The position numbers were made by a program, and so were the translations under genes. The notes beneath the pieces are model-generated. The model was given only the letters and a program-made list of their open reading frames with translations. It had not been told where the DNA came from and ran no database searches. A DNA stretch of 32,000 nt from Candidatus Electrothrix sp. GW3-4 (lineage in GTDB: Bacteria; Desulfobacterota; Desulfobulbia; Desulfobulbales; Desulfobulbaceae): NCBI RefSeq assembly GCF_037902255.1, contig NZ_CP147990.1, positions 2,130,001 through 2,162,000 on the forward strand, in the 5' to 3' direction. Positions 8,347-17,289 of this stretch are shown piece by piece. The stretch's first letter is position 1; each line of letters starts with the position of its first letter.

Positions 8347-9175
8347 GCCCTACTCGGATCCCCTTGATTTAATTGATTCTCAGCATAGGTCGATCAGCAT
8401 CCAGAGGCAATGTGAGCTGCTTGGCATCAGTCGATCCCGCTATTACTACAAGCCAGCGGTTGAGAGCGAACTGAACCTCAAATTGATGCGAATTATCGAT
8501 GAGATCTACACCGACTGTCCTTTTTACGGAAGCAGACGGATGGTCATCGAGCTGGAACGGCGTGCTTTTCATGTTAACAGAAAACGGGTTCAACGGTTGA
8601 TGCGCCTAATGGGGCTTGAGGCTATTTACCCGAAACCGAAACTAACTCATCGGAATATTGAACACAAAGTTTATCCATACCTTTTGAGGAACATCTTGAT
8701 TGATCGTCCCAATCAGGTTTGGAGCACTGATATCACGTATATTCCGATGCAGAGCGGTTTCATGTATCTGACGGTAATTATTGACTGGTACAGCCGATAC
8801 ATCCTCAGTTGGCGTATATCCAATACGATGGATAACGATTTTTGTGTCGAAGCTCTTGATGAAGCATTAACTCATGGATTACCCGATATTTTTAATACAG
8901 ATCAGGGAGTGCAATTCACAAGCAAGCAGTTTACACAACGCCTGACAGATGTTGATGTAAAAATCAGCATGGACGGCAAGGGCCGAGCACTGGATAATAT
9001 TTTTGTCGAGCGTCTTTGGCGTACAGTAAAGTACGAAAATATCTACCTGAAAGACTATCGAAATGGCAATGAGTTATACCACGGTCTGGAAGAGTATTTT
9101 TCGTTTTATAACACTCGACGTCCTCATCAGTCTTTGGGGTACAGATCTCCTGAAGATATTCATTATTGCTCATGA
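8342..9175 (+). CDS. IS3-family transposase OrfB (DDE catalytic domain), expressed only after a frame change at the A9 tract
   Basis: The frame is open upstream of the first Met. It reads ...SIQRQCELLGISRSRYYYKPAVESELNLKLMRIIDEIYTDCPFYGSRRM..., then WSTDITYIPM (D), FNTDQGVQFTS (D), NIFVERLWRTVKYE (E) and YNTRRPHQSLGY. Confidence 0.85.
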   Translation, partial: SEPYSDPLDLIDSQHRSISIQRQCELLGISRSRYYYKPAVESELNLKLMRIIDEIYTDCPFYGSRRMVIELERRAFHVNRKRVQRLMRLMGLEAIYPKPKLTHRNIEHKVYPYLLRNILIDRPNQVWSTDITYIPMQSGFMYLTVIIDWYSRYILSWRISNTMDNDFCVEALDEALTHGLPDIFNTDQGVQFTSKQFTQRLTDVDVKISMDGKGRALDNIFVERLWRTVKYENIYLKDYRNGNELYHGLEEYFSFYNTRRPHQSLGYRSPEDIHYCS

Positions 9176-9547
9176 GATACAGTCAAACAAATATAGGAGG
9201 AAATCACCAGATAAGAGAGTTTGTTGTTAGCCCGAAATCTATCTTAAATTATGCTAAATTTTGTGTTGACTATGGGGTCCACTTTAATCAGCGAGCTGAA
9301 GAGAAGTGGCGGCGCGCATAAAGGATAGGACATGGCGCGCTGTGTCCCTTTTACAGAATCGCACCAATCATGAAATACAACCCTCCTCCATCATTCCCAC
9401 CTGCTCCTTTGTCAGTAAAACTCCCTGATGAACCATTGCCGTAGCCGTAACCATGCGGAAAAAATAAATCAAAGCAGAGATGCGAAGGCTACCGACAATC
9501 TGGCAGGTCAAAAGGTGCGAAAAAGTTACATACTCGCCCCGTCCCCC

Positions 9548-9589
9548 AAAAAAAATCCGCCGCGCTTGAAAAGCACGGCGGATTTTTTT
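9548..9589 (-). terminator. Bidirectional rho-independent terminator ending the molybdoenzyme operon
   Basis: A8 run, then stem ATCCGCCG (9555-9562) paired with CGGCGGAT (9576-9583), then a T7 run. It lies 40 nt downstream of the minus-strand stop at 9629. Confidence 0.85.
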
Positions 9590-9628
9590 ATCTGCTCAAC
9601 TCAGCAGTCAGCAGGTATACGTTCGACG

Positions 9629-10609
9629 TTACATCATCGTATAACCATACCCTGAAAGCTGGCCCGCATAGACCAAGGCAAAACGAACCACGGCCCCACC
9701 GATCAGAACAAGAAGGGCACTGGTGTTCATCAGAAAGAGACCAAAACCAGTGACCTCTTCGGTGTGCTTCCCTGTTACCTCAAGGAATTTCAGGACAATG
9801 GCCAAGGGGAGCACAATCCCAATAACAACAATACTCAGGAAGTAGGGAAAGGTCTCGTGAGAGCTGTTAAAGAACGGCATAATTGCCGCCTGATGCGCAG
9901 CATCTCCCGTATAATGGCCGTAAAACAGGAGGGCAAGAACCAAAAGCTCGCCAAAGATGAGCCAGATATCCAACTTGGTAAAGAAGAGCTTGACCTCTTT
10001 GTTCTTGGCAACAATGATCATCACCGCAGCCCCAGTACTCATACCACTGGCCAGGAAGAGCAGCGGCAGGATAGCAGAGTTCCAGAGAGGTCGGGCCACA
10101 AAGGTGCTCAGCAGGATACCGGTGTAGATAGAGAGCAGGATCCCGAAAACCACGTTGAGCTTGGCCAGCTTGGCCAGATGAGGGCTCATGGCATCTGCCA
10201 TATTTTTTATAAAACCTTTCTTCATGCCACCTTTCATTTCATCTGGCAGGGCCGCAAGGGCATAAAGAATCATCAAGGGATAAATAATAAAGACGATCCA
10301 TGCACCCCAGCTCATCGGGGAAAGCGGCTTAAAGGTCATGTAAAACAGATACCCGTGCAGCTTACGCTCCAGATCCAGCCAGAGAAAAAAGAGTCCGATG
10401 GTCAACAGAATCGGTGCTAACACCGGGATCTGCCAGCAGCAGACGCTCTGCATAGGGCCCTTTCTTCCTGGACGGAGGTAATTAATCGCACTCATCGTCA
10501 TTAACCCGCCGGAAAGGCCGCCGAGAAAGAGATAAATGGCTACCCGCCAGTCCCAGACATGCATGACCGGGTAAGTAATGGCATTGGTGCCGGTAATACT
10601 CAGTTCCAT
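9629..10609 (-). CDS. NrfD/PsrC-family integral membrane (quinol-interacting) subunit of the molybdopterin oxidoreductase
   Basis: 326-aa polytopic membrane protein (about 8 TM helices), third gene after the catalytic and FeS subunits. AGGAGG RBS in the 12-nt spacer. Confidence 0.8.
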   Translation of the reverse strand: MELSITGTNAITYPVMHVWDWRVAIYLFLGGLSGGLMTMSAINYLRPGRKGPMQSVCCWQIPVLAPILLTIGLFFLWLDLERKLHGYLFYMTFKPLSPMSWGAWIVFIIYPLMILYALAALPDEMKGGMKKGFIKNMADAMSPHLAKLAKLNVVFGILLSIYTGILLSTFVARPLWNSAILPLLFLASGMSTGAAVMIIVAKNKEVKLFFTKLDIWLIFGELLVLALLFYGHYTGDAAHQAAIMPFFNSSHETFPYFLSIVVIGIVLPLAIVLKFLEVTGKHTEEVTGFGLFLMNTSALLVLIGGAVVRFALVYAGQLSGYGYTMM

Positions 10610-10621
10610 GATATCTCCTCC

Positions 10622-11179
10622 TTATGCTCTTTTAGGATACTGATTAATATAATAGACATTCGGTCCGGTTCCAACAGCCTTCTTCAGTACACGATGACTG
10701 GTTTTCCGAAGAATTTTTGAGACCTCGCTCTCTGGATCATCCAGATCGCCGAATATCCTGGAACCGCCAATACAGGTGGCAACACAGGCTGGTTTTTTTC
10801 CTTCCAGCAGCCGCTGCTGGCAAAAAGAGCATTTGTCGGCATAGCCATGTTCCTCGTTAATATAACGAGCATTATACGGACAAGATGTAACACAGGCCTT
10901 GCAACCAACGCATTTTTTACGATCTATCTGGACCGTGCCATCTTCCTCGTGGTGCGATGCTCCGGTAGGACAAATCTTCACACAAGGGGCATTATCACAG
11001 TGATTGCAGAGCTCAGATCGCATCTCTGTTGTTAGGGTGGGATATGATCCCTGGACTATTTCAAGTACTCGGGTGCGGTAATGTTCCGGCGGCACATCGT
11101 TTTCGCGCTTGCATGACACCACACATGCCATACAGCCGATGCATCTGGACTGGTCAATGACCATGGCGTATCTGGGCAT
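10622..11179 (-). CDS. 4Fe-4S ferredoxin-type electron-transfer subunit (PsrB/PhsB/TtrB-like)
   Basis: Four Cys clusters: CIGCMACVVSC, CNHCDNAPCVKIC, CVGCKACVTSC and CSFCQQR...CVATC. 1-nt spacing from the catalytic subunit gene. Confidence 0.9.
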   Translation of the reverse strand: MPRYAMVIDQSRCIGCMACVVSCKRENDVPPEHYRTRVLEIVQGSYPTLTTEMRSELCNHCDNAPCVKICPTGASHHEEDGTVQIDRKKCVGCKACVTSCPYNARYINEEHGYADKCSFCQQRLLEGKKPACVATCIGGSRIFGDLDDPESEVSKILRKTSHRVLKKAVGTGPNVYYINQYPKRA

Positions 11180-11180
11180 A

Positions 11181-13391
11181 TCAGGCCTCCTTGATTATCT
11201 TAACAAAGTTGACCCGCATTCCGGTGCCGCCGGTAATTGGATCTTCAATGTATTTGGTTATCAGCTTCTGATCGTCGGCACCGCTTCCATCTGCCCGCTT
11301 CAGTCTCGGGGCATTATGGCCAAAGCCATGGACCATGTAGACACAGTCATGACGGATACGCTCTGTCACCTTAGCTTTGATCTTATTGCTGCGCACGCCG
11401 TCCTGATTCTCCAGACGAACATATTGACCATTTTTTACTCCAAGACGATCAGCCTCTTTCTTGTTCAGCCAGACCTCATTTTCTTTCTGGAGTTCCCAGA
11501 GCCACTGGGTGTTGATGGTTCGACTGAAGGTATGAACAGGACTGCGGCCATAGATGAGCCGAAACTGCCCCTTTTCCGGGTGTTCAATCGGCTCGTATTG
11601 AGGGACCGGATCAAAACCTTCCCCTTCCAGTTCATCACTGTACAGCTCAATTTTTTCTGAAAATGTGGGAAAAACAGGGGGATTATCCGGGGTGATATAG
11701 GGTTTCTCACTTCCTGGAATGGTAACATAGCCGCTATGCTTGGCCAACTGATCATAATCAATACCCCAAGCCTTGGCCTGACGACGCATCCGACCTTCCC
11801 AGGCATCCATACCGTTGCCCTTGACCGCATAGTCATTGAGTCCTAACTTTTTACACAGCTCGCTGCCAATCCACCAGGCCGGTTTAGTCTCGTACATGGG
11901 TTCAACAGCAGGCTGACGGATAGCAACTCCGGCCTCGCGGGTCTTAATCTTAAACAACCCGTCATGCCGCTCCAGGTAGGTGCATTCCGGGAGGATGACA
12001 TCCGCCAGCATCACGGTCTCTGTGGGGAACAAATCGACAGCAACAAAGAAGTCCAGGCTATCGATGGCCTTACGGGTCAATCGTTGATCCGGCAGGGACT
12101 TCATCAGGTTCGTTCCTGCTACAAGCCATGCCTTAATCGGATACGGATCACCGGTGATGGTGGTATCGCGCAGGGCCTGGGTTACGCCCTCACCGCCAGC
12201 AAAAGGAAAATTTCCTTTGATCACAGGAGGTTTACTTGCAGGTGGATATGCGGGTATCCCATCGTTGAAGCTGGCAAATTTCGCCTTGGCAGGCAGCCAC
12301 ATACCGCCTTTCCGCCCCCAGGTACCAAGCAGGGCATTAAGGATAGCCACTGCGCGGGCTCGCTGGGTATCGTTACCGTACCAGGAATAATGGCGGCCCG
12401 GATGAACAAGAACATTGGGCGCATAACGGCAGAGTTCCCGAACCGATTCAACAATCTGGTGCATGGGCAGCTCTGTTTCCTGCGCAGCCCATTCCGGGGT
12501 ATATTCTTTGACCGCTTCTTTAACTTCGTCAAAACCCACGGTATATTTTTCTACATACTCCTTGTCATACAGGCCTTCGCTGATCACGATATTGATCCAG
12601 GTCAGCAGCAGGGCAGTATCTGTACCTGGCTTGATCGGCAGCCAGAATGTAGACTTAGAGGCGGCTGTGGAGTAGCGCGGGTCCACACAGATAATCTTGG
12701 CACCTCGGCTGACAGCTTCGGCAAACTCCTGATTCTGAGAATTATGCATATTCTCACCCAGATGAGTACCGAACAGGACAATGACCCGGCTATTCTCCAG
12801 ATCAACCCGCTCACAGCTGCTTCCAGGCTTATGGCCATAGGTCAGTTCCCAGGCCACATCACGAATCCCTTTACACTGCGCAAAAGACGGGAAAGCTATA
12901 TTTCGGGTGCCCATAGCCTTGAGCACATTGGTAAAATAATCACCTGGGGAACCGTGGGACATCATAGCAATGGATTCCGGGCCGTATTTATCGGCAATGG
13001 CTTTCATTTTTTTCGCCACCAAGGTAAGTGCCTCGTCCCAGCTCGCCTTTCTGTACTTGCCTTCACCCCGCGGTCCATCGAGAATCATCGGGTGTTTCAA
13101 TCGATCCTCATCATACAGCTGTCCGATACCGGCCTGACCACGAGCACATAACTTCCCCCTGCTCTGGGGATGAAACGGGTTGCCCTCCAGTTTTACCACC
13201 TTTCCGTCAACCACCTTGGCAACGACGCCGCATTTCCAGAAGCACATCTCGCAGCTGGTCGGCACGTACTTTACATTTCCACCCTCAGCCTTTGCTCTGG
13301 CTTCGGCGGAAAGAAAAGGTGTGTCGGCAAGCACAGTACCTCCAGCGGACATGGCGGCATATTTGAGAAAATTTCTCCTCGAAAAAGCCAT
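11181..13391 (-). CDS. Tat-exported bis-MGD molybdopterin oxidoreductase catalytic subunit, polysulfide/thiosulfate/tetrathionate reductase-like
   Basis: Twin-arginine signal MAFSRRNFLKYAAMSAGG. N-terminal FeS motif CEMCFWKC...C (CX2CX3C...C). Length of 736 aa and PsrABC-type operon order. AGGAGA RBS. Confidence 0.85.
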   Translation of the reverse strand: MAFSRRNFLKYAAMSAGGTVLADTPFLSAEARAKAEGGNVKYVPTSCEMCFWKCGVVAKVVDGKVVKLEGNPFHPQSRGKLCARGQAGIGQLYDEDRLKHPMILDGPRGEGKYRKASWDEALTLVAKKMKAIADKYGPESIAMMSHGSPGDYFTNVLKAMGTRNIAFPSFAQCKGIRDVAWELTYGHKPGSSCERVDLENSRVIVLFGTHLGENMHNSQNQEFAEAVSRGAKIICVDPRYSTAASKSTFWLPIKPGTDTALLLTWINIVISEGLYDKEYVEKYTVGFDEVKEAVKEYTPEWAAQETELPMHQIVESVRELCRYAPNVLVHPGRHYSWYGNDTQRARAVAILNALLGTWGRKGGMWLPAKAKFASFNDGIPAYPPASKPPVIKGNFPFAGGEGVTQALRDTTITGDPYPIKAWLVAGTNLMKSLPDQRLTRKAIDSLDFFVAVDLFPTETVMLADVILPECTYLERHDGLFKIKTREAGVAIRQPAVEPMYETKPAWWIGSELCKKLGLNDYAVKGNGMDAWEGRMRRQAKAWGIDYDQLAKHSGYVTIPGSEKPYITPDNPPVFPTFSEKIELYSDELEGEGFDPVPQYEPIEHPEKGQFRLIYGRSPVHTFSRTINTQWLWELQKENEVWLNKKEADRLGVKNGQYVRLENQDGVRSNKIKAKVTERIRHDCVYMVHGFGHNAPRLKRADGSGADDQKLITKYIEDPITGGTGMRVNFVKIIKEA

Positions 13392-13471
13392 TATATTCTC
13401 CTAAGTTAAATAAAGAACCAAGATCAATCATCACGCAGATCGACCATAGCATTCATAAAAAATAATCATAC

Positions 13472-13501
13472 TTCATACACCATCTTGTGGCACCTTGTCA
13501 A
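13472..13501 (-). promoter_or_regulatory. Candidate sigma70-type promoter for the molybdoenzyme operon
   Basis: On the minus strand: TTGACA (13501-13496), an 18-nt spacer, then TATGAA (13477-13472), about 80 nt upstream of the ATG. A second TTGACAAG box lies 24 bp upstream (13525-13518). Pattern match only. Confidence 0.3.
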
Positions 13502-13898
13502 CTCTCTCACTGTGATACTTGTCAAGAGACCTGAAAAGCATCTCGAATTTTCCCATCGAAATTCAGTTGCCTCACAAGAATTTTTCCACTTCCTGGTCAA
13601 CGGGAAACACATGAGGTACCCAACCTCGGTGGCACGCAAAAAATTATCGTAGTAACATAAAAAGAGTATTCTAGCAATCGGATAGATTCCTCTTGCATAG
13701 CATTTCTTCTTATGCTAAAAGCAAAAAATAATTAAAAAAAGATCCTTGAGTTCAAGAGTCGACAAGAAAGATTTATATAAATATTTTAATCACCCTGCGA
13801 CGTGAGGAACTTGGCTTCTAATTTGTATATCTTTCAATAAGTGAGCTCGTTATGAGCATATGGTTTAACAAAATTTAGCAACACATTGGTATGTTTAA

Positions 13899-14711
13899 AT
13901 GAGTCCTTACATCATGCTAAAACGACTTTCCTTTTTCCTCCCCCCCCTTCTTCTCATTATCTCCGCTTGTATTCTACAATCCTGTAGCAGCATAAAAAAT
14001 AGCCAGCAAAGCTACACTCTTCCCTTACCTCAAGCAGCAGAGAAGGCCTCTCCTCTTTCCGCTGAGCCGGAAGATATTACACTCGCTGCAGGCGACGTAT
14101 TGATGATCAACGTGTGGGGACAAGAGGCGCTCAATAAAGAAGTCACTTTAGATGCAACGGGAAATATATACTACCCCTTTATCGGAAAAATTAAGGCTTC
14201 AGGGAAGACAATAGAGGAACTGCAAGCGGAGATGAAAGAAAAATTATCTGGCTATTACACTACGCCTGATTTAACAATTACTCCGCAAGATCTTGCTGGC
14301 CAGCAATACTATGTTCTTGGGGAAGTAAGCAAACCGGGTAAATTTTCGATCAAGGCGGAAACAACTGTTCTTGAGGCTATTTCTTCAGCAGGAGGAATAA
14401 ATAATAATGCGGGAGAGTCAGTCCTTTTGTTACGAAAACAGAAAAACAATCTCCTTATTAAAAATGTGCCTCTTCAGTACGTTGATGTAACAGCAGAAAA
14501 TATTTTATCCGTGACAATGCGGGTTCATACAGGTGATATTCTCTATATGCCCCCTTCTACCATTGCAAATATAGAGAACTTTGCGACACGACTTAACAGC
14601 ATCCTCAGCCCTATATTATCCTTAGAACGAGGCATTATATTCTGGCCGGAACTTATTGATGTCATAGAGGGTTCTTCAGAAGGTCAGGAGTTTGTTGTGC
14701 CGTTGCAATAG
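13899..14711 (+). CDS. Polysaccharide export outer-membrane lipoprotein, Wza-like (Poly_export + SLBB)
   Basis: Lipobox LLLIISAC. GDVLMINVWGQEALNKEVTLDATGNIYYPFIGKIKASGKTIEELQAEMKEKLSGYY is the Poly_export pattern. YYVLGEVSKPGKFSIKAETTVLEAISSAGGI is the SLBB pattern. Confidence 0.85.
   Translation: MSPYIMLKRLSFFLPPLLLIISACILQSCSSIKNSQQSYTLPLPQAAEKASPLSAEPEDITLAAGDVLMINVWGQEALNKEVTLDATGNIYYPFIGKIKASGKTIEELQAEMKEKLSGYYTTPDLTITPQDLAGQQYYVLGEVSKPGKFSIKAETTVLEAISSAGGINNNAGESVLLLRKQKNNLLIKNVPLQYVDVTAENILSVTMRVHTGDILYMPPSTIANIENFATRLNSILSPILSLERGIIFWPELIDVIEGSSEGQEFVVPLQ
13940..13947 (+). repeat. C8 homopolymer in codons 14-17 (signal peptide) of the Wza-like gene
   Basis: Direct read: ctc ccc ccc ctt (L P P L). 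Confidence 0.9.
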
Positions 14712-14855
14712 CCAGTTTACACCTCCTTCCCAAATAGGCTGAACAGTCAGCCTACTCAGTTATGCAATTTCCGTGCTTATCATCGCTGTTCCGGCGCATG
14801 AGGGAAATTTCATTTCTATAGAATAGAGATAACTATTTCGAGAGAATCCACTGCG

Positions 14856-16316
14856 ATGCAAAATAAACATGCTGATTTAAAAAGAGTCCCCCGTAACTCC
14901 GCCCAGCTGTTTCTCTCAAAATTCATTGACATGGCAGCGGTAATTCTCACAAGTGTTATCATAGCGAGATCGCTCGGCCCTGCCTCTTTCGGTCAATATT
15001 CCTTTATATCAGCCTATGTGGTGTCCATCACCATGATTTCCTATTTCGGTCTCGATAACCTGACAATGCGTAATGTCGCCAGACACGCCGACAAAGCCCC
15101 GCAGTATCTGGGTGCAGTTATAACGGCCCGTTGGGTTCTGTCAGGAGCGGCCGTGCTCCTCATCCTGGCTAGCTTGCCTTTTATCGGGATTGAAGGAAAA
15201 TTTCTTCCTGCCTTAGCCCTGCTGACCGCCTCAGAGCTTACCGGTGCCTTTGTGACTGTCCAGACAGCAGTTTTTAAAGCCAGGCAGCAAATGAAATACG
15301 AAGTATACATCACTGTACTCTGGCGCCTTGTCAGCCTGACGCTTATTGCGGGGGGCGCCTGCATCGGCTTCGGAATTACAGGTTTATGCGCAGTACTTCT
15401 GGCAGCCAACCTGACTCGGTCCTTAGCTGCGGTTCGAATAACCAAGTCGAGGTTCTTTCAACCAGATTTCAGTGAAGTAGACCTGATGATCAAAGAAATA
15501 TTCAGAGATGCCGCCATATTAGGGATAGCTATGCTTGTCACCAACTGGTTATTCCGCTCGGCGCAAATAGCGATCAAGTTTTTACTCGGCTCTGAACCGG
15601 TAGCATACTTCCAGGTTTCTTATTCCATAGTCCTTCAGGTGAGTACGGTGGCCCTCTCGATTATGCTTGCTCTGTTTCCGGTAATATCGCAGGAAGCCCG
15701 ATCTGACCAGGTAAGCATGCGGCGGGTAGCTGATATCTATGCCGGGGCGTCGAACCTGCTTATCTGCTTGGGCCTTGTCTTTTCCGTTGTCCTGATGCTT
15801 ATATCAAAGCCGATTATTCTTACCCTTTTTGGTTCCGGGTATATCCGGGCTGTGGCAACGTTCCAGATACTGCTTGTCGCTCTTGTCCCTATCTTTGTTT
15901 ATTCTCTTCATGCATTACTTTTTATCGCCTATAATAAACAGCAGTATCTTATCCTGAGCAGGGGGATAAGTTTTATCCTGGCCTGCCTCCTCTACCTCCT
16001 GCTTATCCCTCGATTCGGGCCAGAAGGCGCAGCGTATGCATATGTTATCGTCGCCGTATTTATTGGACTGCTCGAAGCCCTGTTGCTTCAGTACCGGGTA
16101 CTCCACACCATGACTCCGCAACTGGGAATGTATTTTCTGAATATACTGCTGGCCTCAGGCCTGTCTGCAACATTTATTTTGAAATATTCATTGGTAATAC
16201 AACTACTTGTACTTCTTCCTATTTTACTGACGGTATCATTGCAGCTGAAAAAAAACTATGCTATCCTTGCACATTATCGTCAACGTCGCTGTGCGGCAAA
16301 GGCTGTTCATGCATAA
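14856..16316 (+). CDS. Wzx-like oligosaccharide flippase (MOP superfamily polysaccharide biosynthesis protein)
   Basis: 486 aa, polytopic. The N-terminus LFLSKFIDMAAVILTSVIIARSLGPASFGQYSF matches the typical flippase N-terminal pattern. Confidence 0.8.
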   Translation: MQNKHADLKRVPRNSAQLFLSKFIDMAAVILTSVIIARSLGPASFGQYSFISAYVVSITMISYFGLDNLTMRNVARHADKAPQYLGAVITARWVLSGAAVLLILASLPFIGIEGKFLPALALLTASELTGAFVTVQTAVFKARQQMKYEVYITVLWRLVSLTLIAGGACIGFGITGLCAVLLAANLTRSLAAVRITKSRFFQPDFSEVDLMIKEIFRDAAILGIAMLVTNWLFRSAQIAIKFLLGSEPVAYFQVSYSIVLQVSTVALSIMLALFPVISQEARSDQVSMRRVADIYAGASNLLICLGLVFSVVLMLISKPIILTLFGSGYIRAVATFQILLVALVPIFVYSLHALLFIAYNKQQYLILSRGISFILACLLYLLLIPRFGPEGAAYAYVIVAVFIGLLEALLLQYRVLHTMTPQLGMYFLNILLASGLSATFILKYSLVIQLLVLLPILLTVSLQLKKNYAILAHYRQRRCAAKAVHA

Positions 16317-16332
16317 AATTTAAGGAACAACT

Positions 16333-17289
16333 GTGATTAAATTTTTGGCCTTATACGTAACAGACATCATAAGGTGGATATATTGGGGGCCAGTTCGAAT
16401 CCTGATAAGAATCACCCCCAAGGGTTTGAGTTACCGACTGATTATGCTTGTCGGAGTCTGCGCTTATTTCATACGCCGAGGAAAGAAGGAGCAGTTGCGC
16501 GCCTGGATGGAACAGGTGAGCGGCGGGCCAGTTTCCCGTGCTCAACTAATTGATGTATTTGTGCAGTATTACTCTAATTCACTGGACACCTTACTGTATT
16601 GCAAACTGTCTTCTGAAAATATCGATCGATTTGTTCATTATGAGGGGCTGGGTAATCTGAAGCAGGCCTTGCGTGCGGACAAAGGCGTTATTTTACTGCA
16701 TCCCCATTTCGGTAACGAGGAATATCTGATGCCCGCTATTGGGCATAAAGGATTTACAGTCAGCCAGATAGCCAGTCGATGGGAACCTGACTACACGCCA
16801 GGACCTTTTTTTGCTTTGTCCAACCGTATTCGTCGACACGCTTGGCGGATGCGTATTGGTACACGGGAAAAATTGCCGGTCGGGTTTGTTTATATTGATA
16901 AAGGAATACGCGATATCTATCGTCTGCTCAAACGTAACGAAGTGCTTTTACTCGCTCTAGACGGTAGAGAAGGCGGCAGCTGGCAGGAAGTACCTTTTCT
17001 CGGTATGACGGCCAAAATTTCACCTGGACCGATAAAGATTGCCCAATCCACCGGTGCGTTATTACTGCCCACAGTGATCGTGAGAACAGGGCGTTACCAT
17101 CATACCGTCCATATTGGAGAACCTGTCAGGATTTCCAAACAGTCCGATAAATCAGGTGAGACTGTCCGCGCTGATACAATTGCCGTTTTGCAGGCGGTAG
17201 AGCCTTATATTAAAAAAAATCCCTCGCAATATGCTAAATTCATCTTGCTCGACGTAAAATTGTTTAAAGAGGAACAAGCTGATCTATGA
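16333..17289 (+). CDS. LpxL/HtrB-family (lipid A biosynthesis-type) acyltransferase
   Basis: N-terminal TM segment. Active-site HX4(D/E) in VILLHPHFGNEEYLMPAIG, with downstream LLALDGREGG and PGPIKIAQSTGALLLP. GTG start. ATGA overlap with the next gene. Confidence 0.7.
   Translation: MIKFLALYVTDIIRWIYWGPVRILIRITPKGLSYRLIMLVGVCAYFIRRGKKEQLRAWMEQVSGGPVSRAQLIDVFVQYYSNSLDTLLYCKLSSENIDRFVHYEGLGNLKQALRADKGVILLHPHFGNEEYLMPAIGHKGFTVSQIASRWEPDYTPGPFFALSNRIRRHAWRMRIGTREKLPVGFVYIDKGIRDIYRLLKRNEVLLLALDGREGGSWQEVPFLGMTAKISPGPIKIAQSTGALLLPTVIVRTGRYHHTVHIGEPVRISKQSDKSGETVRADTIAVLQAVEPYIKKNPSQYAKFILLDVKLFKEEQADL

Larger units (their letters stand above)
7900..9290 (+). mobile_element. IS3-family insertion sequence (orfA/orfB); ends approximate
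   Basis: Typical IS3 orfA plus orfB (DDE integrase-like). Candidate imperfect TG...CA termini: TGAGAAAGTGAC at 7900, and TGATTAAAGTGGAC as the reverse complement of 9277-9290. No flanking target-site duplication was found. Confidence 0.5.

Noticed and set aside
7889-9290. 7-bp direct repeat TTAATCA (7889-7895 and 9284-9290) as a possible target-site duplication of the IS3 element
   Set aside because: The sequences just inside the repeats do not form terminal inverted repeats. IS3-family duplications are typically 3-4 bp. The right copy is better explained as part of the TG...CA terminus.
9311-9352. GC-rich hairpins (GCGCGC arms at 9312-9317/9335-9340; GGACA/TGTCC at 9328-9347, followed by CTTTT) in the orphan region right of the IS3
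   Set aside because: This could be a relic terminator of a gene lost to IS insertion. The T-tract is short and no upstream gene remains, so it is not supportable as a feature.
9368-9454. 28-aa minus-strand small ORF (MVTATAMVHQGVLLTKEQVGMMEEGCIS)
   Set aside because: It has no Shine-Dalgarno sequence and no recognisable peptide family. It cannot be told apart from chance.
9428-9655. 75-aa + strand ORF between the IS3 element and the reductase operon
   Set aside because: It reads straight through the bidirectional terminator hairpin and into the 3' end of the minus-strand gene. It has no RBS and an implausible composition.
9764-10420. 218-aa ORF on the + strand
   Set aside because: It is antisense to the NrfD/PsrC-like membrane protein. 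Its composition is hydrophilic and low-complexity, typical of the reverse frame of a TM-rich gene.
11964-13151. 395-aa ORF on the + strand
   Set aside because: It lies entirely antisense to the well-supported molybdopterin oxidoreductase CDS. The sequence is low-complexity and Arg/Gly/His-rich with no motifs, so it is a shadow ORF.
13488-13635. Two TGGCAC motifs (13488-13493, 13630-13635) resembling sigma54 -24 elements upstream of the polymer locus
   Set aside because: Neither is followed by a TTGC(A/T) -12 element at the required spacing. The sequences found are CAAC and AAAT.
14736-14752. Hairpin AGGCTG-aacagt-CAGCCT between the Wza-like and Wzx-like genes
   Set aside because: The stem is short and there is no U-tract. 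It is not a convincing terminator or attenuator.
16393-16402. GTTCGAATCC, identical to a tRNA T-loop consensus
   Set aside because: The flanking bases cannot form a T-arm stem or the rest of a cloverleaf. It lies inside the acyltransferase CDS (YWGPVRILI).
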